From Oscillibacter sp. (GTDB lineage Bacteria > Bacteroidota > Bacteroidia > Bacteroidales > UBA932): 64,000 nucleotides of DNA. Below are positions 39,183 through 50,005 of this stretch, piece by piece. The notes beneath the pieces were generated by a model. That model was given only the letters and a program-made list of their open reading frames with translations. It did no database searches and was not told where the DNA came from. Each line of letters starts with the position of its first letter. The stretch's first letter is position 1. Both the position numbers and the translations under genes were made by a program. The stretch is from contig CAVJKV010000006.1 of the NCBI GenBank assembly GCA_963650425.1, positions 8,583 to 72,582 on the forward strand. Reading direction: 5' to 3'.

Positions 39183-39839
39183 ATGGATTGGATAAACTAC
39201 ACGGTGTTTACAATCGGCGGGGACAATCCCGTGATTCTGATTGACCTGCTGACATCTGCCATAGGCCTCACCTGCGTGGTTCTGGCGGGACGCAACAGCA
39301 AGTACAATTTCTGGGCGGGATATGTCTATTCCTTCCTGCTGCTTTTGATGTTCTATAACAAGAATCTTTACGCGAATCTGCTGCTTCAGCCTATATCGTT
39401 GGGAATCAACATTATGGGGCATTATCGCTGGACTCATCCAAAGAAAGGCGAGGAGAGTGCCGGCGACAGCAAATCACTGAAAGTTTCTATGCTGACGTGG
39501 ACGCAGAGAGCGGTCATATTGGTGTCTGTACTTCTTGCCGCTTCCGTATGGGGCTGGGTCATAAGCCTTGTTGGAAACGCTGTTTTCCCGGGCAAGTTCA
39601 CATCTGACCCGATTCCCTATCTGGACGCCTGCACGACCATATTGATACTTGTCGCCCAGACATTGTCCGCATTGAAAAAATGGGACTGCTGGATTGTATG
39701 GCTGCTTGTAAATATCGCCCAACTTGCAATGCACATTTCCGTCGGACACGTGTTTATGCCTGTCGTCTGTGGTCTGTACCTCGTGAACGGGCTCTGGTCG
39801 ATTTTTACTTGGTCTAGACTATACAGGAAAAATGTATGA
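39183..39839 (+). CDS. pnuC: PnuC-family vitamin/nicotinamide riboside transporter
   Basis: Multi-TM protein with GHYRW, PYLDACTT and WIVWLLVN motifs. Substrate is not determinable from sequence. Confidence 0.8.
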   Translation: MDWINYTVFTIGGDNPVILIDLLTSAIGLTCVVLAGRNSKYNFWAGYVYSFLLLLMFYNKNLYANLLLQPISLGINIMGHYRWTHPKKGEESAGDSKSLKVSMLTWTQRAVILVSVLLAASVWGWVISLVGNAVFPGKFTSDPIPYLDACTTILILVAQTLSALKKWDCWIVWLLVNIAQLAMHISVGHVFMPVVCGLYLVNGLWSIFTWSRLYRKNV

Positions 39840-39932
39840 AAAAGCTGTGAAATGAAAGCAGTTATCCTCGGAATTTGTTATATTTGCGGCGATTTGAAAG
39901 GAAAGTATTACTAAATAAATTTCAGTATAATT

Positions 39933-40919
39933 ATGAAGTATTTGACTAATGAGAAGTTGACCATCGTTGGTGCCGGCGGAATGATCGGTTCAAATATGGC
40001 CCAGACAGCTCTTATGCTTGGTCTCACACCTAACATCTGCCTCTACGATATTTTCGAGCCGGGTGTTCACGGTGTAGCGGAAGAAATGTACCACTGCGGT
40101 TTCGAGGGTGCGAACATTACTTGGACAGTTGATCCTGAGGTTGCATTCAAGGATGCCAAATTCATCATTTCTTCAGGCGGAGCCCCACGTAAAGAAGGTA
40201 TGACACGTGAGGATCTTCTCAAAGGTAACTGCCAGATCGCCGCTCAGTTCGGTGACTATATCAAGAAATATTGCCCCGATGTTAAGCACGTTGTTGTTAT
40301 CTTCAACCCTGCTGACGTTACCGCCCTTACAGCTTTGATTCATTCAGGTCTGAAGCCTGAGCAGCTCACATCTCTTGCAGCTCTTGACTCAACACGTCTC
40401 CAGAGCAATCTCGCAAAAGAGTTCGGCGTTCCTCAGAGCTCAGTTACCGGTGCACACACATACGGCGGACACGGCGAGCAGATGGCAGTATTCGCATCTC
40501 AGGTTAAAGTAAACGGCAAACCTCTTTCTGAAATGGGCCTTTCTGCCGAGAGAATGGCTGAGATTAAACAGGAAACAATCCAGGGCGGTTCTGCAATCAT
40601 CAAACTTCGCGGACGTTCTTCATTCCAGAGCCCTGCCTACAATGCAGTCAAGATGATTGAGGCTGCCATGGGCGGAGAGCCTTTCACACTTCCTGCAGGT
40701 ACTTATGTAAACACAGAGAAGTACAAGAACGTGATGATGGCTATGCCTACAAAGATTGACGCTACAGGTTGCCACTATGTTCTTCCTGAGGGCACAGCAG
40801 AGGAGCTTGCAGCTCTTGACGCTTCTTACGCTCACCTTTGCAAGATGCGTGATGAGATCGTTGAGCTCGGCATCGTTCCTGCAGTTGCAGACTGGAAGAA
40901 AGACAACGCAAATCTTTAA
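39933..40919 (+). CDS. mdh: Malate dehydrogenase (LDH/MDH family)
   Basis: VGAGGMIGS, GAPRKEGMTREDLL, NPAD, LDSTRL, YGGHGE, RGRSSFQSP; -7 box TATATTTG at 39879. Confidence 0.92.
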   Translation: MKYLTNEKLTIVGAGGMIGSNMAQTALMLGLTPNICLYDIFEPGVHGVAEEMYHCGFEGANITWTVDPEVAFKDAKFIISSGGAPRKEGMTREDLLKGNCQIAAQFGDYIKKYCPDVKHVVVIFNPADVTALTALIHSGLKPEQLTSLAALDSTRLQSNLAKEFGVPQSSVTGAHTYGGHGEQMAVFASQVKVNGKPLSEMGLSAERMAEIKQETIQGGSAIIKLRGRSSFQSPAYNAVKMIEAAMGGEPFTLPAGTYVNTEKYKNVMMAMPTKIDATGCHYVLPEGTAEELAALDASYAHLCKMRDEIVELGIVPAVADWKKDNANL

Positions 40920-40972
40920 TGCCTGAACATAACGGGCTACGGCGTTACTAGCGTTGTGGGCCTCATATAAAT

Positions 40973-41013
40973 AAAAGAGTGTGTGACTAGACTTTTAGTC
41001 GCACACTCTTTTT
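40973..41013 (+). terminator. Intrinsic terminator after mdh
   Basis: AAAAGAGTGTGTGACTA / TAGTCGCACACTCTTTTT stem-loop. Confidence 0.85.
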
Positions 41014-41093
41014 GTGAAAACGGTACGGCTTGAACGGATAGGAAAAACTGATTTTATTCCATAAATTTGCGCGGTTAATGAAAAATTGATTTT

Positions 41094-41945
41094 ATGTTCG
41101 AGTTGTTGTTCGTTCATTGGCACGTTGATCCTGTGATATTCCATCTCGGGAGTTTTGGCCTAAGGTGGTATTCGCTGCTCTTCATATCGGGGTTCATCCT
41201 CGGATGGTTCATTTTCAGATGGTTCTTCAGAAGGGAGGGCGTGTCGGAGACATTGTTGGATTCATTGCTCTACACATTGCTGATAGCTACCATCGTCGGC
41301 GCAAGACTCGGACACTGCATATTTTATCAGCCTGATTATTACTTCGGCAGCTGGCAGGGATTCCTGGAGATATTTATGCCGTGGAAAGGCGGACTTGCAA
41401 GTCATGGGGGCACGATTGCGCTTCTGCTTGCAATGATTTGGTATGCGCATCATTACGGCCGCAAGAATAACTTTGATTTCGTATGGCTGATTGACCGGCT
41501 CTGCATTGCTGTGGCATTTGCCGCCGCATTCATCCGTCTGGGCAACCTTATGAACTCGGAAATCTACGGTGACGTCACGACTCTTCCGTGGGGATTCATA
41601 TTCGACCTGAGACACGAGACCGAGCCAAAGCACCCTACCCAGATTTATGAGGCATTGACTTACTTGTTGCTTGGAATCGGCCTGATAAGCCTGTATAAGT
41701 ATAAATTGGACAAACTCTATCGCGGTACGTTCATCGGCATCTTCTTCATAGTCTGCTTCGGAATGAGAATACTCATAGAGTTTATAAAGGAGCCGCAGGT
41801 AGAATTCGAGAACGATATGATGCTGAATATGGGACAGTTGCTGAGCATTCCGTTTGTTCTTCTGGGTATAGGATTTCTGATATACGCCTATGTGAGGAAG
41901 CAACCCGCGGCGTTGGTGCCTGTCAAGCAAGGTGCAAGAAAATAA
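41094..41945 (+). CDS. lgt: Prolipoprotein diacylglyceryl transferase
   Basis: RWYSL, GARLGHCIFY, GGLASHGG, IRLGNLMNSEIYG, HPTQIYE, NMGQLLSIP. Confidence 0.96.
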   Translation: MFELLFVHWHVDPVIFHLGSFGLRWYSLLFISGFILGWFIFRWFFRREGVSETLLDSLLYTLLIATIVGARLGHCIFYQPDYYFGSWQGFLEIFMPWKGGLASHGGTIALLLAMIWYAHHYGRKNNFDFVWLIDRLCIAVAFAAAFIRLGNLMNSEIYGDVTTLPWGFIFDLRHETEPKHPTQIYEALTYLLLGIGLISLYKYKLDKLYRGTFIGIFFIVCFGMRILIEFIKEPQVEFENDMMLNMGQLLSIPFVLLGIGFLIYAYVRKQPAALVPVKQGARK

Positions 41946-42259
41946 TGGGAAAGAGGATAGATAAGTACTTTATTTATCCTCTTTTCTTTTACGATAATCA
42001 GAGTTGGATTGTTCCGTGGTTCAGATGCGTAGAGTATAGGTGAAAGACAGTAAGGAGAAATTTTGAGCATATTGTCTCGAGAGCTTTGAACCTTTAGAGC
42101 ATAAAATAGTCCAAAAGGCGCCAATTATGGACTTTTTGCGGTGTGTTTTTTGCAACAAAACGCCGCCGTTGGTTACAGTTGAATCTCGTTTCTGGAATAA
42201 AGGTCTTTGTTTCAAAACGGCTTCATAGATGCAAAATAACAGTGAAATTGAGAAAAATT

Positions 42260-43723
42260 ATGAGAACCGGATTTCCGGGACTGATGCTTGCTGCAGTCTC
42301 GGCAATGGTGTCGTTTAGCGCGCGTGCGCAGGAAGTTGACACCGTCAAGACCGCAACGGTCATTACATTGGATGACGCATTGAAAATTGCGTTGAGCGAA
42401 AACGCCTCTGTGAGAGTCGCGGACAAGGAGATTGAACGCAGTGGCTATGCAAAGAAGGGCACCTATGCCTCATTGTTCCCGCAAATTGACCTCTCCGGGT
42501 CGTTTATGAGAACCATCAAGAAGCAGGTGATGTATATGGATATGGATATGAGCAGCTTTATGGGCGGCGGTACTGATGACGGTTCTGGCTTAGGCTCGGA
42601 TGCAGGTACGGACTCGGGGACTTCATCCAAGTCCAGCGGAGGCGGAATCGAAGTCGGCAGGTGGAATACATACAATGCAGGTATCACAGCCTCAATGCCT
42701 TTGGTCAATGCCCAGCTGTGGAAAAGCATCAAGATTTCGGGGATGGCAGTGGAACTTGCAGTTGAGAAGGCGCGCTCTTCCAGACTTGATATGGTTACAC
42801 AGGTAAAGCAGGCCTTTTATGCGGTGCTTCTTGCCAAAGAGGCACTGAACGTATATAAGGATGTCTATGACAATGCGGTGAAGAATTTTGAGCAGACAAA
42901 GATGCGCTACAATGCACAGAAGGCATCTGAACTCGATTTCACCAGAGCGAAATCAACAGTGGCAAGTGCGGTGCCTAATGTGTACAACGCTGAAAGTTCC
43001 GTAATTCTTGCACTGTGGCAACTCAAAGCGGTGATGGGCGTCGAACTTGATCAGGAGATAGATGTTGCAGGAGAGCTGGCAGATTATTCAGGCATTGTCG
43101 CAGAGGATGACTACAACTCAGAGCAGCTGACATTGGACTACAACACGACTATGCGTCAGCTCGCCATTCAGGCTGACCAACTTGCTGAAACAGTGCGTCT
43201 TCAGAAATATGCGTACCTTCCCACTTTGGCATTGACATTCTCATACAGTCTGAATGCGATGACCAACGATTTTAAATTCAGCGACTACAAGTGGACTCCT
43301 TATTCATACGTGGGACTCAGCCTCAGCATTCCGATATTCTCAGGCGGAAAACGCTACAATGACGTTCGCCAGGCAAAGGTGCAGGCTTCAGAACTGGCTA
43401 TTCAGGTAGGCGATACTGAGCGCAAGCTGAAAATATCCATCCGCCAGTATCTCAACACAATGGAAACTCAGATGAAGAGCCACTCCGCAGCCGAGGAAGC
43501 AGTTGAGACAGCGCAGAAGGCATACGACATCGCGGAGAAATCCTACAACGTCGGCCGTAGCACAATTACCGATTTGAACGATGCGCAGCTTGCGTTGACC
43601 CAGGCGAGACTGAGCGTATCCCAAAGCATTTACAATTACGTCGTCGCAAAATCAAACCTCGAGCAGGTTATCGGTCACGATTTTATAGATGAAGACGGCA
43701 ATGTTGACCTTAACAATAGATAA
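42260..43723 (+). CDS. TolC family outer-membrane efflux protein
   Basis: Signal peptide from ATG 42260, ITLDDALKIALSEN, two OEP repeats (LSIPIFSGG; YNVGRSTITDLNDAQ), upstream of the adaptor and RND genes. Confidence 0.9.
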   Translation: MRTGFPGLMLAAVSAMVSFSARAQEVDTVKTATVITLDDALKIALSENASVRVADKEIERSGYAKKGTYASLFPQIDLSGSFMRTIKKQVMYMDMDMSSFMGGGTDDGSGLGSDAGTDSGTSSKSSGGGIEVGRWNTYNAGITASMPLVNAQLWKSIKISGMAVELAVEKARSSRLDMVTQVKQAFYAVLLAKEALNVYKDVYDNAVKNFEQTKMRYNAQKASELDFTRAKSTVASAVPNVYNAESSVILALWQLKAVMGVELDQEIDVAGELADYSGIVAEDDYNSEQLTLDYNTTMRQLAIQADQLAETVRLQKYAYLPTLALTFSYSLNAMTNDFKFSDYKWTPYSYVGLSLSIPIFSGGKRYNDVRQAKVQASELAIQVGDTERKLKISIRQYLNTMETQMKSHSAAEEAVETAQKAYDIAEKSYNVGRSTITDLNDAQLALTQARLSVSQSIYNYVVAKSNLEQVIGHDFIDEDGNVDLNNR

Positions 43724-43730
43724 TAAGACA

Positions 43731-44765
43731 ATGAAAAATATGAAATTCAGAACCATTCTCTATGCCTCTGCAGCCGTGATGGCGGCAGGTTGCGCAAACG
43801 GCAACACCGGAAAAGGCGAAGCGCAGGCAGTTCCCCAGGAGGAAAAAGTGTCAAATGTGAAAGTAATGTCCGTGACTGCAACGGATGTACCTCAGAATGA
43901 AGTATATACCTCTACGGTTTTGGCTTATGCAACCAATAATATAGCACCGCAGAGCCCTTCCAGAATACAGAAAATCTATGTTGAGGTCGGTGATTTTGTT
44001 CGTGCCGGACAGATTGTCGCAAGAATGGATGAGGTCAGCCTGAACCAGTCAAGACTCTCAATGGCAAATGACTCACTCGAATACAGCCGTTTGAAGAGTC
44101 TGTATGAGCAGGGCGGCGTGTCAAAGTCTGACTTCGATGCTATGGAACTCAAATACAATGTTTCACGCAGCCAGTATGCGAATCTTCTCGAGAATACGGT
44201 TCTCCGTTCGCCTATCAATGGCGTTATCACTGCCAGAAATTATGACAAAGGCGATATGTACGCTGCATCACCTATCTATGTGGTGGCGCAGATTACTCCG
44301 GTCAAGATGTATGTCGGCATATCGGAGGTAGATTATACCAAAGTGAAGAAAAATGATACTGTTACGCTGACAGTTGATGCCATTCCGGGAAAGACATTCC
44401 AGGGACGTATCGCAAGGATTTTCCCTACAATGGATGCAGCGACACACACATTCACCGTTGAGGTCAATGTTGCAAATACAGACCGCCAGTTGAGGCCGGG
44501 AATGTATGCGAGAGTGACGGTGAATTTCGGTGTGAACCACAATGTTACCGTGCCTGACGATTGTATCGTGAAGCAGCAGGGCTCCGGTGTGCGTTCTGTA
44601 TTCGTTCTGCAGGACGGCGGCACCGTAAAGGAAACTGTTGTGACTCTGGGCCGTCATATCGGCAACGAATATGAGATTCTTTCAGGCCTTTCAGAAGGTG
44701 ACAAAGTTGTCATCAAAGGTCAGGCAAGCCTTAAGAACGGCGCGAAAGTCAATGTCCAGGAATAA
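43731..44765 (+). CDS. RND efflux periplasmic adaptor (membrane fusion protein)
   Basis: IQKIYVEVGDFVRAGQ, LRSPINGVI, LRPGMYARV, ILSGLSEGDKVVIKG. Confidence 0.92.
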   Translation: MKNMKFRTILYASAAVMAAGCANGNTGKGEAQAVPQEEKVSNVKVMSVTATDVPQNEVYTSTVLAYATNNIAPQSPSRIQKIYVEVGDFVRAGQIVARMDEVSLNQSRLSMANDSLEYSRLKSLYEQGGVSKSDFDAMELKYNVSRSQYANLLENTVLRSPINGVITARNYDKGDMYAASPIYVVAQITPVKMYVGISEVDYTKVKKNDTVTLTVDAIPGKTFQGRIARIFPTMDAATHTFTVEVNVANTDRQLRPGMYARVTVNFGVNHNVTVPDDCIVKQQGSGVRSVFVLQDGGTVKETVVTLGRHIGNEYEILSGLSEGDKVVIKGQASLKNGAKVNVQE

Positions 44766-44798
44766 TTCCGTCTCCCAATCATTTAATTGAAAACAAAT

Positions 44799-47700
44799 AT
44801 GAGTCTATATAGATCAGCGGTGAATAAGCCGGTAACGACTGCCTTGGTATTCATTGCCTTCGCAATCTTCGGTATATTCTCGTTTATGAAAACATCTATA
44901 GCCCTCTACCCGGACTTCGATGCCAACGTCATCCTTGTGATGTCGTCATATCCCGGAGCGAGTGCCGCAGATATTGAAACAAACCTCACCAAAGTCCTCG
45001 AGAATGGACTTAACGGTGTGAGTGATTTGAAGGATATGACTTCCAAATCAAAGGAAAACATATCCATCATTACATTGGAATTCAACTATGGAGTTGATAT
45101 TGAAGAGGCTACGAACAATGTCCGCGACAAGCTGGATATGGTCAATTCCTCTTTGCCGGATCAGGCTACGACTCCGGTCATCTTCAAGTTCAGCGCCGAT
45201 GATATGCCTATTCTCATTTTGGCTGCAACGGCAAACGAGAGCCTTCCCGGTCTTGACAAAATTCTGGATGACAAGGTGACTACACCTCTCTCCAGAGTCA
45301 AGGGCGTTGGTACCGTGTCAGTCACTGGTGCTCCTACGCGAGAGATTCAGGTTTACTGCGACCCTAACAAGCTGCAGGCTTATGGCCTTTCGATTTCCAC
45401 GGTGTCAAGCATTATTTCCGCAGAAAACAGGAACGTTCCTTCCGGAAGCATTGATATTGGCTCCGAGACATATTCTCTCCGTATACAGAAAGAATTCACT
45501 GACCCATCTGAACTGCTGGACATTGTGCTTGCATACAGAAACGGGGATGCCGTATACCTGAGGGATGTGGCAACGGTGAAGGATGGCCAGGAGGAGAAAG
45601 AGCAGCAGGCTTTCACAAACGGAATACAGTCAGCGCAGATTGTCATCCAGAAGCAGACCGGCGCCAACACCGTGAATGTAATCAACGGTGTGAAGAAAGA
45701 GCTCGTATCCATTGAGAAGACTTTGCCTGCGGATATTCAGATAGAGACTGTTATGGACAGTTCAAGCAACATCCAGAACAGTATCAATTCCCTCAAGGAG
45801 ACCATCATAATCACGTTCATAGTCGTTATGCTCGTGGTGTATGTGTTCCTCGGCAGATGGAGAGCGACATTCATTATCATACTTTCCATCCCTATCTCCC
45901 TGATGGCGTCTCTGGTTTACCTGTTCGCGACAGGCAACACGTTGAATGTCATATCGATGTCAGCCTTGTCCATTGCGATAGGTATGGTCGTGGACGACTC
46001 CATTGTGGCTCTTGAAAATATCACTACACATATTGAACGCGGCGAGAAACCTAAGGAGGCTGCGGTGCACGGAACCGAGGAAGTCGGTATTTCCATTATC
46101 GCTTCCACTTTGACAATGCTCTGCGTGTTCCTTCCGCTTACGCTCATTTCCGGTATGTCCGGAATCATGTTCCGTCAGCTCGGTTGGATTGTCAGCATCA
46201 TTATGATTGTCTCCACGCTCGGAGCGCTCTGCCTTGTGCCGATGCTGTGTTCAAAGATGCTTCGCGCGGACAGGAAGAAGAGCAAGCTTCACGACATATT
46301 GTTCACACCTATCGACAAGGGGCTCAATGCTATATCTGACGGCTACGCCTGGATTATCAACTGGGCTGTAAGAAACAGAAAGACAGTTATTTTCGGTGCG
46401 TTTGCGATATTCGTCGTCATTATGGCGCTTCTCGGACCGTCTATCAAGACGGAGTATTTCCCTCACGCCGACCAGGGCCGACTGACCGTGTCCATAGAAT
46501 TGAACGCTGGTACTTCGCAGGAGGTTACGGGAGAATTTGCCCGCAATTTCTACAACAGAGTCTGTGAGGAAGTGCCTGAGATAAAGATTTGTAGCTACAC
46601 ATTCGGTCAGGCTGACTCAGACAACGCATTCGCAAGTATGCAGACCAACGGCTCCAATATAATTTCGATGAACATCAACCTCGGAAGTATGGAACTCCGT
46701 GAACGTTCTGCCAGTGATATTGCAGATATAATCCGTGCGGACTTGGCCGAATATCCTGAGGTGCACAAAGGAACCGTTACTGAAGGTATGGGCGGTATGG
46801 GCGGTGCCTCATCCGTCGATGTCGAGATATACGGATATGATTTCCAGACTACCGACCAGGTGGCCAAGGAGATTCAGACCAAGCTCCTTTCTGAACCGGC
46901 CTTCGCTCAGGTTACTTTGAGCCGTGATCAGTACACGCCTGAGTATCAGGTTGATTTCGACAGGGTTAAGCTGGCTGCAAACGGGCTTAATACCACTACT
47001 GCAGCGGCTGCCGTGAGTGCTGCGATGAGCGGTTCAGTAGGGTCTTATTATAGAGAGGACGGTGAGGAATATGACATCAGGGTTCGCTACGCCAAAGGTT
47101 TCAGAACCAGCGTTGAGGATATTGAGAATATCATCATCTACAACGGTGCCGGCAATGCAATCAGAATCAAAGACCTCGGCAAAGTAGTGGAAACGGATGT
47201 TCCGCCTACCATCGAGCGTAAGAACAGGCAGCGTCTTATTACCGTATCCGGAGTCATTGCAGGATCTCACGCTATGAGTGAGGGTGTCGAGGCTGCGCAG
47301 CGTGCGATAAATGCCACCGACATTCCTTCAGAACTTGACGTGAAGGTTGCCGGAGACTATGAGGACCAGCAGGATATGTTCAGCGACCTCATAACGCTTA
47401 TGATACTTATCATCATACTCGTCTATATGGTGATGGCATCGCAGTTCGAGTCGTTTATGAGTCCGTTCGTGATTATGTTCTCAGTGCCGTTCGCATTCGT
47501 CGGAGTGGTGCTCGGACTTTGGGCAAGCAATACGGCTCTCGGTGTGATGGCGATGATCGGTATCCTGATTCTTATCGGTATCGTGGTGAAGAACGGTATT
47601 GTGCTGATTGACTATCTTATCCTGTTGAGGGAGAGAGGTATGGGCATTCTTGACGCGGCTGTTGCAGCAGCAAGAAGCCGTCTCCGTCCTATCCTTATGA

Positions 47701-47918
47701 CTACGCTTACCACTGTGCTGGGTATGATTCCTATGGCTGTCGGTAAGGGCGAAGGTTCGGAGATGTGGAGGTCACTCGGTATCACAGTCGCTTGGGGTCT
47801 TACCATTTCGACAGTGGTTACTCTGGTGCTGATTCCTACAATCTACTGCGTATTCGCAACCCGGCAGGAGAAACGCAAGCAGAGGAAACTTGCCGAGAAA
47901 GCAGCCCTTAAAGCATAG
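44799..47918 (+). CDS. RND efflux permease (AcrB/AcrD/AcrF family)
   Basis: YPGASAADIE, AIGMVVDDSIVALENI, GIVVKNGIVLID, RLRPILMTTLTT; about 1040 aa. Confidence 0.95.
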   Translation: MSLYRSAVNKPVTTALVFIAFAIFGIFSFMKTSIALYPDFDANVILVMSSYPGASAADIETNLTKVLENGLNGVSDLKDMTSKSKENISIITLEFNYGVDIEEATNNVRDKLDMVNSSLPDQATTPVIFKFSADDMPILILAATANESLPGLDKILDDKVTTPLSRVKGVGTVSVTGAPTREIQVYCDPNKLQAYGLSISTVSSIISAENRNVPSGSIDIGSETYSLRIQKEFTDPSELLDIVLAYRNGDAVYLRDVATVKDGQEEKEQQAFTNGIQSAQIVIQKQTGANTVNVINGVKKELVSIEKTLPADIQIETVMDSSSNIQNSINSLKETIIITFIVVMLVVYVFLGRWRATFIIILSIPISLMASLVYLFATGNTLNVISMSALSIAIGMVVDDSIVALENITTHIERGEKPKEAAVHGTEEVGISIIASTLTMLCVFLPLTLISGMSGIMFRQLGWIVSIIMIVSTLGALCLVPMLCSKMLRADRKKSKLHDILFTPIDKGLNAISDGYAWIINWAVRNRKTVIFGAFAIFVVIMALLGPSIKTEYFPHADQGRLTVSIELNAGTSQEVTGEFARNFYNRVCEEVPEIKICSYTFGQADSDNAFASMQTNGSNIISMNINLGSMELRERSASDIADIIRADLAEYPEVHKGTVTEGMGGMGGASSVDVEIYGYDFQTTDQVAKEIQTKLLSEPAFAQVTLSRDQYTPEYQVDFDRVKLAANGLNTTTAAAAVSAAMSGSVGSYYREDGEEYDIRVRYAKGFRTSVEDIENIIIYNGAGNAIRIKDLGKVVETDVPPTIERKNRQRLITVSGVIAGSHAMSEGVEAAQRAINATDIPSELDVKVAGDYEDQQDMFSDLITLMILIIILVYMVMASQFESFMSPFVIMFSVPFAFVGVVLGLWASNTALGVMAMIGILILIGIVVKNGIVLIDYLILLRERGMGILDAAVAAARSRLRPILMTTLTTVLGMIPMAVGKGEGSEMWRSLGITVAWGLTISTVVTLVLIPTIYCVFATRQEKRKQRKLAEKAALKA

Positions 47919-47964
47919 ATATAATGAACGCAAGCCTCAAAATGCTTGCTAAAAATGAAACGAA

Positions 47965-48258
47965 ATGAAAGCGATATTCATATCATACAATCAGGCATAT
48001 AACGAGGAAATCGTTGATGTGCTCGACGCTCATTCGCAGCGCGGATTTACCCGGTGGCAGGACATTGACGGCAGAGGCTCTGTTGATGGCGAGCCGCACT
48101 ATGGCAACCACGCCTGGCCAGTGCAGAACCACGCCATTCTGACATTTGTCGAGGATGAGAAGGTCCAGGCTATAATAGCCGACCTCAAGGCTAAGGATAA
48201 ACAGACCAATGACTTGGGACTCAGGGCTTTCGTGTGGGATGCTCAAAAGGCATTCTGA
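47965..48258 (+). CDS. PII-like transporter-associated protein (PG0541 family)
   Basis: MKAIFISYNQA, RGFTRW, GRGSVDGEPHYGNHAWP, GLRAFVW; directly after the RND permease. Confidence 0.8.
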   Translation: MKAIFISYNQAYNEEIVDVLDAHSQRGFTRWQDIDGRGSVDGEPHYGNHAWPVQNHAILTFVEDEKVQAIIADLKAKDKQTNDLGLRAFVWDAQKAF

Positions 48259-48285
48259 CGCAACATTCTAAAATAAAACTGATAT

Positions 48286-48326
48286 AAGGGGCGACTAAAA
48301 GTTAAACAATTTTTAGCCGCTCTTTT
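48286..48326 (+). terminator. Intrinsic terminator after the RND operon
   Basis: AAGGGGCGACTAAAA / TTTTAGCCGCTCTTTT imperfect stem followed by T residues. Confidence 0.65.
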
Positions 48327-48480
48327 GTTGTCTCCGGTATTCGGAGATATGCGTCTGGACAGTGCGTCATAGATGGGTCTGAAATAAAGACAATAAAACG
48401 CAAGTCGTTGGGCTATTTGAGAGACTTAAATTATTATATTTGTAAATTGGATTAGTAGTAAAAATAAAACATTCGTAATT

Positions 48481-48795
48481 ATGGCAAAAGTTGTTACAGA
48501 CGAAAATTTTTCAGATATCATTTCAGGGAAACTTCCTGTAGTCATTGATTTTTGGGCTACCTGGTGCGGTCCGTGCCGTGCCATCTCTCCGATAGTGGAA
48601 GAAGTGGCTTCAGAATATGAAGGTAAAGCGGAAGTCGTAAAATGCAACGTGGACGACTGTGAAGAGGTCGCAGCAAAATGCGGCATCAGAAACATTCCTA
48701 CCCTTCTTTTCTACAAGGACGGCAAACTCGTTGACAGACTCGTCGGTGCTGTGCCGAAATCTGAAATTACATCTAAGATTGATACACTGCTTTAA
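48481..48795 (+). CDS. trxA: Thioredoxin
   Basis: IDFWATWCGPCR, GIRNIPTLLF; -7 box TATATTTG at 48435. Confidence 0.95.
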   Translation: MAKVVTDENFSDIISGKLPVVIDFWATWCGPCRAISPIVEEVASEYEGKAEVVKCNVDDCEEVAAKCGIRNIPTLLFYKDGKLVDRLVGAVPKSEITSKIDTLL

Positions 48796-48805
48796 TCACT
48801 CGTTT

Positions 48806-49465
48806 ATGAAAAAGACAGTTGCTCTGGCTATCGCGCTGTTGGCCGCTGTGCTCTGTCCGTTAATATCCCGTGCAGGAGATGGTGACGGGGCTCATTTCGG
48901 TGTGGTGGCCGGTTTTACATCTTCTTCGTCCAATGCGAAACACGTGGATGCAAGCTCCATTGGCCGCTATCACGTCGGACTTACGGCTAAATTGCCGATA
49001 GCGTACGGATTTGCGGTACAGCCGTCCGTTCTCTATCAGACCAAAGGTACAAGATTGAAAGATGCTTCACTCCGTAATTTCAAGATGGATACGAAAGTGG
49101 GCTATCTTGAGATTCCTGTGCAGATACAGTGGGGGCCGGATCTGTTGGCGTTCAGGCCGTATGTGTTTGGAGAACCGTTCATCGGTTACGGACTTAATGC
49201 GTCCTCGGAAGGCAAGTTGGAAGGATCTAAATTCGATGTGAATTCATTCAGCAAGGCAGGATTGTCCCGCTGGGAATATGGTCTCGGTCTCGGTGCCGGC
49301 ATAGAAGTATGGAAAATCCAGTTCTCGGTGAAATACTACTGGAATTTCGGTTCCCTCTATTCCGACAGCGGCAAGATGACAGATGTCGGTCAGCAAGTCA
49401 AGGAAGCTTTCAAAGATGGTCGTAACTTCAACGGAATCTCATTTTCGTTGGCATTCCTATTCTAA
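48806..49465 (+). CDS. Outer-membrane beta-barrel (porin / OMP_b-brl_2-like) protein
   Basis: Signal peptide from ATG 48806, FGVVAG, VQPSVLYQTKG, YLEIPV, C-terminal aromatic LAFLF. Confidence 0.8.
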   Translation: MKKTVALAIALLAAVLCPLISRAGDGDGAHFGVVAGFTSSSSNAKHVDASSIGRYHVGLTAKLPIAYGFAVQPSVLYQTKGTRLKDASLRNFKMDTKVGYLEIPVQIQWGPDLLAFRPYVFGEPFIGYGLNASSEGKLEGSKFDVNSFSKAGLSRWEYGLGLGAGIEVWKIQFSVKYYWNFGSLYSDSGKMTDVGQQVKEAFKDGRNFNGISFSLAFLF

Positions 49466-49468
49466 ATT

Positions 49469-50002
49469 ATGGCGGAAAAAAAATTAGTCATATTCTGTTC
49501 TTCCAGTCTTGCGGGCATTGACCCCGAGTATAATAAGGCTGCGGAAGAACTTGTGCGAAAAGTAGTAGCCAAAGGCTATACGGTGGTCTCAGGCGGTGCC
49601 GTCAAGGGGACTATGGGTGTGGTTTCGGATGCCGTGGCATCTTGTGGAGGCCGTCACATAGGCGTTATACCCCACTTTATGGAGCCGTTTGTGGCGAAAA
49701 ACCTTACGGAAGTACGCTGGACGGATACGATGTCCGAGAGAAAGGAACTGATGCGTGAGGGTACTTGTGTTGCTGTGGCATTGCCCGGCGGAATCGGCAC
49801 GCTCGATGAGCTTGTGGAGACTCTCACATTGGCGAAACTTCATAAATACGAAGGAAAAATATTCGCTTTGAACATAGACGGATTCTACGATAAGTTTGCG
49901 GAGCTGCTTGACTTCTACGTGGATAAAAATATGCTTGATTCTGTGTCCAGAACTATGATAGCTTTCCCGAACTCGGTGGATGAGCTAGTGGACCTGTTGT
50001 AG
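49469..50002 (+). CDS. LOG family nucleotide phosphoribohydrolase
   Basis: VSGG...GTMG, TMSERKELM, LPGGIGTLDEL, NIDGFYD. Confidence 0.9.
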   Translation: MAEKKLVIFCSSSLAGIDPEYNKAAEELVRKVVAKGYTVVSGGAVKGTMGVVSDAVASCGGRHIGVIPHFMEPFVAKNLTEVRWTDTMSERKELMREGTCVAVALPGGIGTLDELVETLTLAKLHKYEGKIFALNIDGFYDKFAELLDFYVDKNMLDSVSRTMIAFPNSVDELVDLL

Positions 50003-50005
50003 CCT

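Noticed and set aside
41946..42259. Possible sRNA or operator upstream of the RND operon
   Set aside because: Only short imperfect inverted repeats (AGTCCA/TGGACT) were seen, with no supportable motif or structure.
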